A stretch of DNA of 8,286 bases from Salpingoeca rosetta (taxonomy: Eukaryota > Protista > Choanoflagellata). The first letter of the stretch is position 1; each line of letters starts with the position of its first letter. The position numbers were made by a program, and so were the translations under genes. The notes below the pieces were generated by a model. The model was not told the DNA's origin, made no database searches, and saw only the letters and a list, made by a program, of their open reading frames with translations. Below, in pieces: positions 1 to 6,814 of this stretch. The DNA lies in NCBI GenBank assembly GCA_033442325.1, contig JAWQFM010000015.1:1209160-1217445 (forward strand). The letters run 5' to 3'.

Positions 1-188
<188 letters not shown>

Positions 189-365
189 GTACGTCAGATG
201 CGCATGTGTGCCAGAAGTGCGCACATGCACACCTATGACACAAAGTCAGTCTGCCACTACTGTGCTTGCCACAACTCTGCTTCCCTCGCACCTTGCCTCT
301 CACCGTTCCTCACCACGTTTCTAAACCCCCTCTCAATATACACACACACACACGTGCGCCTGCAG
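189..365 (+). other. GT-AG intron (177 nt, phase 2) of the eIF2B gene
   Basis: GTACGT at 189, pyrimidine-rich middle, short CA run, cctgcAG at 364-365. Splicing restores the frame and the family motif. Confidence 0.8.
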
Positions 366-432
366 TGACAGCTACGCTCCTCAGAACATCTATCGCGCCG
401 TGGCTGACCTCTACGTCTCCGTCACGTCATAA
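366..432 (+). CDS. EIF2B2: Terminal exon of the eIF2B (beta-like) gene
   Basis: Spliced frame reads (T)DSYAPQNIYRAVADLYVSVTS* with TAA at 430-432. This resembles the eIF2B-beta terminal motif GGxAPSYIYRLxxxLY. Confidence 0.72.
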
Positions 433-715
433 CAACCACAGACAGCCACACTCTGCTTCCGCTCTGCGTCGTCTGTCTGCAACGTTCGTGCTCCTGTGGC
501 TTCCGTGCTCATCACTTCATGTGTAAGGTAACAAAACAACCAGTAAACAGCAACCAAGGCAATGGCAAAGGCCGGGGGGGAGCCGCCAAGCCATGAATAC
601 ATCAGATGAACTGATGATGAAGAAGAGCTGCAACCAAACAACACCAGCAGCAGCATCACCATCATGTAGACGTTTCTCGAATGTTTTCCAACATTATTCC
701 ACAGACACATGCCTG

Positions 716-3700
716 ATGATGATGATGCACAACAAGAAGGCGCACATCAACTGCCGCCAGCTGTTGGCGGTGGCTGTAGTTGTTCTGGTGACACTCTTCC
801 TGTCTGTGCCCTGCTGCGCCGCCGCCGCCACCGCTGCTGCTAAGGATGCGGCGACATCCGAAGCGGTTGTGGAAAATCAGCCTGTCTTGTTTGGGCATGT
901 TGGGCGTGAACAGGCGGCGTGCTCGGACGTGCGTGCTGCCCACCACACACTCACACAACAACTTTCCGCAGCCATGGACGAAGAACTTGCGCACGGCACC
1001 AACGCCTCCGCCAAGCGGCTGCAACACCACTTGCAGGAGGCAGTGGCAACTGCAGCCGCGCTGCAGAAGGCCTTGGACCATCTCTGCCCTTCATCCACGC
1101 CCCTTGTCATCCAAGACACGCACACCAGTCCGCTGCAGCAGCAACAGCAACCGCAGCAGCAATGGCAACAGCAGCAACAGCGACGTGAGCGGCGTAGCGA
1201 CACGAGTGGCGCTCTGTCTTCGCTGCAGGCGACCAACGATAACAGCCTGTTGGATGAGGTGCCTTGTCGGCTGTCAACTCTCATCACCGAGGGTACTTGC
1301 CCACGACCAGTCCACACCCTCCCTCCTGGCTCACCCCTCTCGCTCCTCGTCGACGTGAACATGTTTGTGGACATGACAAACGCCACGCGGGCAAGCGCAG
1401 CTGCTGGACTTTTGCAGCTCTCGCTCACGGTGCGACCACGCACCTTCACCGTGCACGGCGCCAACTTCACCTTGGGCACCTTGTCCTGGGTATTGGAGAA
1501 CGCCAACTGGGAGAGCGTCAGCACCATAAACGTTCGCGGTGTGGTCACCAACCATCTGCACCTCAGCATCTTCAACCCACTCAGCAACGTGACCACCATC
1601 GCTTTCGCCAACAGCACGATCGTCCACCTCTCGCAACGCGGTCCCAACGGCAACACGCACCCGCCCTTGGCTCGCGCCGCCCAGCTGACCCACCTCTTCC
1701 TCAACAACAGTCACATTGAGATTGTGGACCAAGGCACCTTCGCCGGCCTGCAGGCGTTGGAGGTTCTCTCGTTTCACAGTAACCAGCTGACACGTGTGGA
1801 CAGCAGCCTGTTTGGGCATCTCCCCAGCATCCGCTTCCTCGATCTCGCCTTCAACAGCATTACCACAATCGCATCCAGGTCATTCAGAGACCTGACCACG
1901 CTTGAATTCCTGCGACTGCAGGGCAACGACGTGGAACAGCTGCCCGATGACATGTTCGTGGGCCTCTCACGCCTGCGGCAGCTGAACATTGGTGGCCTAC
2001 CACTCACCGAGCTTCACCCGCAACTCTTGGCGCCTTTACGGCAGCTGCGTTCCATCCGCATGCGTTTCCTGCAAGTCACCGCTCTCCCCGCCACCCTCTT
2101 CTCCAACAACCGCTTGCTTGAGACTGTCAACATGGAGCGCGGCCGCGTCCACACCATCCCCGCCAACACGTTCGCAGGCCTCAACAACCTCGACTTTCTC
2201 GAGCTGTCACAGAACAACATCCCCTTCCTTGATGCGGCCTGGTTTGGTGCCGGCGCCCCCAACCTGACGAAGCTGTGGGTCGTGCAGAATGAGCTGACCG
2301 ACATCTCCCCTGAACTCCCGACACTGCTGCCGCGCCTCGACCATCTGAGCCTGCAGCAGAACATGCTCACCAGCATCCCTGCCCAGGTGCTACGCGACCA
2401 GGACAGTCTTCGCATCATCGACATCAGCAACAACAGGCTGCGCTCCCTCCCTGCGGGCAGCTTCGAGCGGCTGCCACGACTTCGCCACATCTCCCTCGCT
2501 AACAACGAGCTCACAGCGCTGCCGTCGTTCCCGCTCCTCCCCGGCCTTCAATCCATCCGCCTCAACCACAACCAGCTCACGCAACTGCCCGACTTGCTGC
2601 AGTTCCCAGCCCTGAGGGAGTTCTACTTCAACAACCACCGCGTGCCACACCTCAACCTCAATGCCGTCGTGGACCTGACGGAGCTGTGGCGCCTGGAGGT
2701 TGCCGCCCACCCAGACATGCCGCCAGCCACGATCAAGGTCGCGCCAACCGTCGGCAACAAGTTGGCAACGCCGCTGCGCGTGCTGGATGTGCGCAATGTG
2801 GACGTGCGTGAGGTTGCGCCCCTCTTCTTCGACAATTCGCGCGTGCACGTGGAGGCGCTGTACGCCGGCTGGCCGGGCATGGATGAGACGACCGTGCGAA
2901 CCGAAGACATTTGCCGCTTCCTGAAGCCGCTTGACACCACGCTGCAGCTGACCAACACCGGGTACAAGCACCTCAACCTGTGCCCGGACCACGTGTTTGA
3001 CGTGCTACTGCTGCAGAACAACCCGGAGTTGGTGAGCCTGCGCGTCACATCGCCCGTGTCGCAGTTCAACGTGTCAGGCTGCACCAACCTGCACGAGCTG
3101 GCGCTGCCAACCGCGGACATTCTCGACATCAGCGGCACGCGCGTGCCCCCCGTGCGCTCGCTGTGTTCCCAGTGGGGTAGCGAGGTGGTGGTGGCGAGGA
3201 ACTGGAAAAGTGACGCCCTCATGAAATCGCGCGAGCGTGTGCGTTCGATGTTGGAACGGTGCTTTGTGTACAGCAACGTGCTGCTGCTTGACCTTAGCGA
3301 CAACGCCTGGCTCGACAAGCCCGAGCTGGTGAAGGACGCCACCCTCGACCTTACCGTCCTCTCGAGCAACGAAGTGCTGACTCAGCAGTTTGTGTCGCTG
3401 GACAGCAGGGCCAACATACCCATTGTGGAGTTGACAGGCACGCCCATCTCGTGCCAGCTCGAGCTCACGCACGTGCGGACGCGGCTGGTCCCAGACATCT
3501 TGCAGCAGGAGTATCGATTGGCGTACTACCACGCCTGCGACTGTGCACGCGGGTATGCCCGCAGCGGCGGCCGTTGCAAGCCCGTGACGCGCGACATCAC
3601 AGCAGCGGTGCTGGGCACGCTGGCGGGCGTGTTTGCGTTCCAGGGCCTCTTGTTTGCTGTGTACTGGACGTACAAGCGGCAGCGACGCCTGCAGACGGAC

Positions 3701-4254
3701 AACGCGCTCAAGGAGAAGCTGCTGGTGGAGCGAGACGCGGAGGTGATGGCGCTGAAGAAGGGGTGGGAGATCGAGTACGGCGAGCTGGAGATGCGGCGGC
3801 ACATCTGCACGGGCGCGTTTGGCGACGTGTGGGAGGGGCGCTGGGACACGGTGCGGGTGGCGGTCAAGGTGATGAAGCAAGAGGTGTTGCTGTTTGACGA
3901 GACGACGATGCAGGAGTTTGAGAAGGAGGTTGAGTTCTTGCAGCGGACACGGCATCCACACCTGGTGCGGTTCTTTGGGGCGGGCACCGATCCCAACGGC
4001 AGCCCGTTCCTTGTGCTGGAGTATGTCGCACTCGGATCGCTGACCGAGCTGTTGGAGAAGGATTTGGGTATTGTGCTTGCAGCGCACAAGCAAGAGAAGC
4101 GCGAGGCGCGCCACCCGTGCGATGATGAGTCATCGTGCATCACCCCATCAACAGCAACTGCGGTGGAGATGACGGCGTGGGACCTGAAGCAGCGGCTGGC
4201 AGGCGACATTGCCTGCGGCATGGCGTTTATCCACTCCCTCGACCAAGTCCACAG
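716..4254 (+). CDS. LRR receptor TKL kinase, exon 1 (signal peptide, LRR ectodomain, TM helix, kinase subdomains I-VIa)
   Basis: ORF open from ATG 593. ATG cluster 716-727 precedes a signal-peptide-like HNKKAHINCRQLLAVAVVVLVTLFLSVPCCAAAA, so the start is uncertain (593 vs 716-725). LRRs at 1685-2683, TM at 3596-3673, CTGAFGDV and VAVK motifs, HPHLVRFFG. Ends at CACAG|GTGTGT within the Arg of HRD. Confidence 0.9.
1136..1180 (+). repeat. CAG/CAA polyglutamine tract (QQQQQPQQQWQQQQQ) in the receptor N-terminal region
   Basis: Read directly in the kinase ORF frame. Confidence 0.9.
1685..2683 (+). other. Leucine-rich repeat array, ~14 consecutive 22-25 aa 'typical'-class LRRs
   Basis: Recurrent LxxLxLxxNxLxxLPxxxFxxL, e.g. 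LRIIDISNNRLRSLPAGSFERLPR and LEFLRLQGNDVEQLPDDMFVGLSR. More degenerate LRR-like strands continue to about 3310. Confidence 0.93.
3596..3673 (+). other. Single transmembrane helix
   Basis: ITAAVLGTLAGVFAFQGLLFAVYWTY followed by the basic stop-transfer sequence KRQRR. Confidence 0.88.
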
Positions 4255-4542
4255 GTGTGTGTGTGTTTGTGTGTGAATGTATGTACGTGAATGTGTATGT
4301 ACGTGCGTGTGCGTGTGTGTATGTGTGCGCGTCCAAACTTTGTGCTCTCAACTGGTGGTTCTTGAATCTCCCACAAGTGAAGTACTCTTGCTCTTGCTCA
4401 CCCGCGACATCATCCTTTCGTTTCAACTCACGACTGATCGCCATCACCCCCCCTCCCTCCCTCTCTCTTTCAATGACACATCCCCCTCCCCCTTCCATGC
4501 GCCTTTCAATATTTCCCTCCCACCCCCTTTTTCCACGTGCAG
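4255..4542 (+). other. GT-AG intron 1 of the receptor kinase (288 nt, phase 2)
   Basis: GTGTGT donor, GT-rich 5' part, pyrimidine-rich 3' part, tgcAG at 4541-4542. The join AG+A GAC CTG AAG gives HRDLKSGN. Confidence 0.93.
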
Positions 4543-5018
4543 AGACCTGAAGAGCGGCAACGTGCTGGTGTCGAGCGCGCTGCGCGGAAAGATCACGGAC
4601 TTTGGGTCCATCCGCGAGCGTCTTCAGCGCCACGACCGCCACAGCAGCACGGCAAGCAGCATGCTGGCCACAGACGACACGCCGTCCATGTTCTCGTCTG
4701 GCTTGGGCCGCATGCGCTCACTGCGGCGGCCCGACTCCCGCGCCGAGATGAAGTACTCACGCGCTGTGGGCGCGAAGACGATGCACCTGAGCATGACGGC
4801 TGGCGTGGGCACGCCCATGTACATGGCACCGGAGGCCCTGTATGGGCGGGAGTATGGGCAGAAGGCAGACGTGTTCAGCTTTGGGGTTGTGCTGTGGGAG
4901 ATTGTGACGCAGCAGCAGCCGGACATTATTGCCCAAGAGTACGGCGACACCTTTGACGGCCCTTTGTTCCCCACCATCAAGCAGCTGCTCGAGGATGGCA
5001 AGCGCCTTCGCTTCCCAG
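4543..5018 (+). CDS. LRR receptor TKL kinase, exon 2 (kinase subdomains VIb-X)
   Basis: DLKSGNVLV, KITDFG, GTPMYMAPE, KADVFSFGVVLWEI. Ends at CCAG|GTGCGT. Confidence 0.92.
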
Positions 5019-5072
5019 GTGCGTGTGTGTTGGGGGGGGGGTGTTGTGTGTGTTGTGTGTTGGTTTTGTGTG

Positions 5073-5103
<31 letters not shown>

Positions 5104-5264
5104 GGTTTTGTGTGTTGTGTGTGTGTGTGTGTGCGTGCGTGTGCGTGCGTGTGTGTGCGTGTGTGTGCGTGTGTGTTGTTTGCGTGTATGCCTCCGTGTG
5201 CGCTCATCCACCCGGTCCCTCTCTCTTACTTCCACCAAACAAAACACATGCGCACACGCCACAG
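5019..5264 (+). other. GT-AG intron 2 of the receptor kinase (246 nt, phase 1), GT-microsatellite rich
   Basis: GTGCGT donor, (GT)n tracts including a ~42-nt-period duplication of ttggttttgtgtgttgtgtgtg, cacAG acceptor at 5263-5264. An alternative in-frame acceptor exists at 5272-5273. Confidence 0.85.
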
Positions 5265-5404
5265 ACGATTCAGAGGCCTCGCCAGGATCGTCGTTGGCGC
5301 CAGCATGGTTCCGTGACATGGCCGTGGCGTGCATGGCGCAAACACCAAAGGACCGTCCCACATTCCAGGAGCTGGAGAAGAAGCTGCGGTACTCAACCAC
5401 TTGA
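5265..5404 (+). CDS. LRR receptor TKL kinase, exon 3 (kinase subdomain XI, stop)
   Basis: DDSEASPGSSLAPAWFRDMAVACMAQTPKDRPTFQELEKKLRYSTT*, with the TKL/TK-type CxxxxPxxRPTF motif and TGA at 5402-5404. Spliced product is 1384 aa from ATG 716. Confidence 0.88.
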
Positions 5405-6814
5405 GGCAGTCCTCACTCACTCGCTTGCTCGCTTGTTCACTTGGTTGCTGGCTGTTATGTTACGGCTTGCCTGGCAACGGCACCGCCCCCTTTTCCCTGC
5501 CACTTGTGCTCGTGATGGTGCGGCACATCTCCAGCACACAATCATGCAGTGTTCCTCCATTCCATTCCATTCCAGTCTAGCTTGACCCGGCCTTCCTGTG
5601 TTGCTTGCTGTACATGAACTTCATCCTTGATTTGCCTTGGTTGTGCGGCGGTCCTCTGGTTGCCGGCAAGCTTGCAATACCACCAACTCTGGTCGGATTC
5701 CGTGATTTGACCCAACAGCTTGCCTCGCTGATTTGGATTGGGAGTCGTCTCGACACGTTTGCCATGCCAAGAAGGGAAGAGAGACGGATGGGGTGAAGCC
5801 ACACAACCACGAACAACCCAACTGACGAATTGCTTCTCTTTGCCAACCTGCCTGTCAGCCTTCCCAACTTGCTGACCAACAATAGAAACGGCCACCACCA
5901 AACAACCCAAACCGCCCAAGAACAAAGGCAAGCGACATGGCAGAGGAAGCAGAGGAAGAAAAAGAACGGCTTGCTCGCTTCCCAGCGGTGCTTGCTGGGC
6001 TTTGTTGTTTTCGTTGTTTTAAATTTCCCGGCAGTTGTTGGTGTCGAAAACTGACCAACGACAGCGATGAAAATTCAAAACCTGACTGTCTTTTTGTGGG
6101 AGCAGACAAGCAAGAGGCACCGACATGATGTGACACCAGCAAGGACCAGACCGCTGCCACACTGAGCCCAACACGCTGACATGCCATGCGACAAACACCA
6201 ACCACGCAGTGAAATGAAACCTTCTTCCTTGGCAATCCCAATCCTGCAACACGGATTGGGTTCAAGTCGACGCCGGGGTGCAACTCGAAACATGCGTTTG
6301 GGGCGTCACCCAACAGCTCCACACCAACCGTTGGATTCTTTGGACGCTGACAAACACAGCAACAACAGCAGCGAGTAGCTGAGTAGTGTTTGCTCCAAAC
6401 AACAACACCCACCACCACAAGCACGTTTTGATGGACGTGGTCCACAACGAAATCCGCCACAACCACAAGACGCACTGAAGCAAGCACCACCACACAACAT
6501 ATCGACCTGTGTTGCCCGTGGAGACAGCCGTCTTCACCAAACAAATCGGGTGTTGAGTTTGGCGATCCGCAACGGAATCCATCATTTTCTTCACCCACCA
6601 CCATCTCAAACACCTCCCACTCACACACCGTACCAGACAGAGAAGGTGCAAGGTGACTGTAAGTGCAGACGATACCGACAGCACGACGACGGAAGCAAGG
6701 AAGCGCTTGCGCGCAAGGATTCCGAACCGAGACAGCACCACAGCGTTCACACCAAGTTCACAACAACTGACAACGCACAACAACGAACATACGCATTCAC
6801 AACAAAGAACAATC

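Noticed and set aside
199-231. 13-bp imperfect hairpin in the eIF2B intron (tgcgcatgtgtgc/gcgcacatgcaca)
   Set aside because: Short and made of alternating purine-pyrimidine sequence that self-pairs readily by chance. No snoRNA or other ncRNA motifs were recognised.
662-4221. Many overlapping alternative-frame and antisense ORFs within kinase exon 1
   Set aside because: No recognisable motifs. Such ORFs are expected in GC-rich coding DNA.
4277-5404. 375-aa ORF treated as a separate kinase gene with CVCV tracts
   Set aside because: It is exons 2-3 of the receptor kinase read through intronic GT repeats.
3785-5404. Classification as a receptor tyrosine kinase
   Set aside because: HRDLKSGN and GTPMYMAPE are TKL/Ser-Thr-type signatures rather than HRDLAARN/PxRW. 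Dual specificity cannot be excluded.
6701-6717. Overlapping palindromes aagcgctt and cttgcgcgcaag upstream of ATG 6815
   Set aside because: A single short occurrence gives no support for a regulatory role.
5405-6814. ORFs in the intergenic region (e.g. 5855-6628 minus, 5937-6128 plus, 6550-6924 plus) or a transposon remnant
   Set aside because: Low-complexity CA/AAC-biased sequence with no coding-like codon bias, domain motif, terminal repeats or transposase signature. A small gene cannot be fully excluded.
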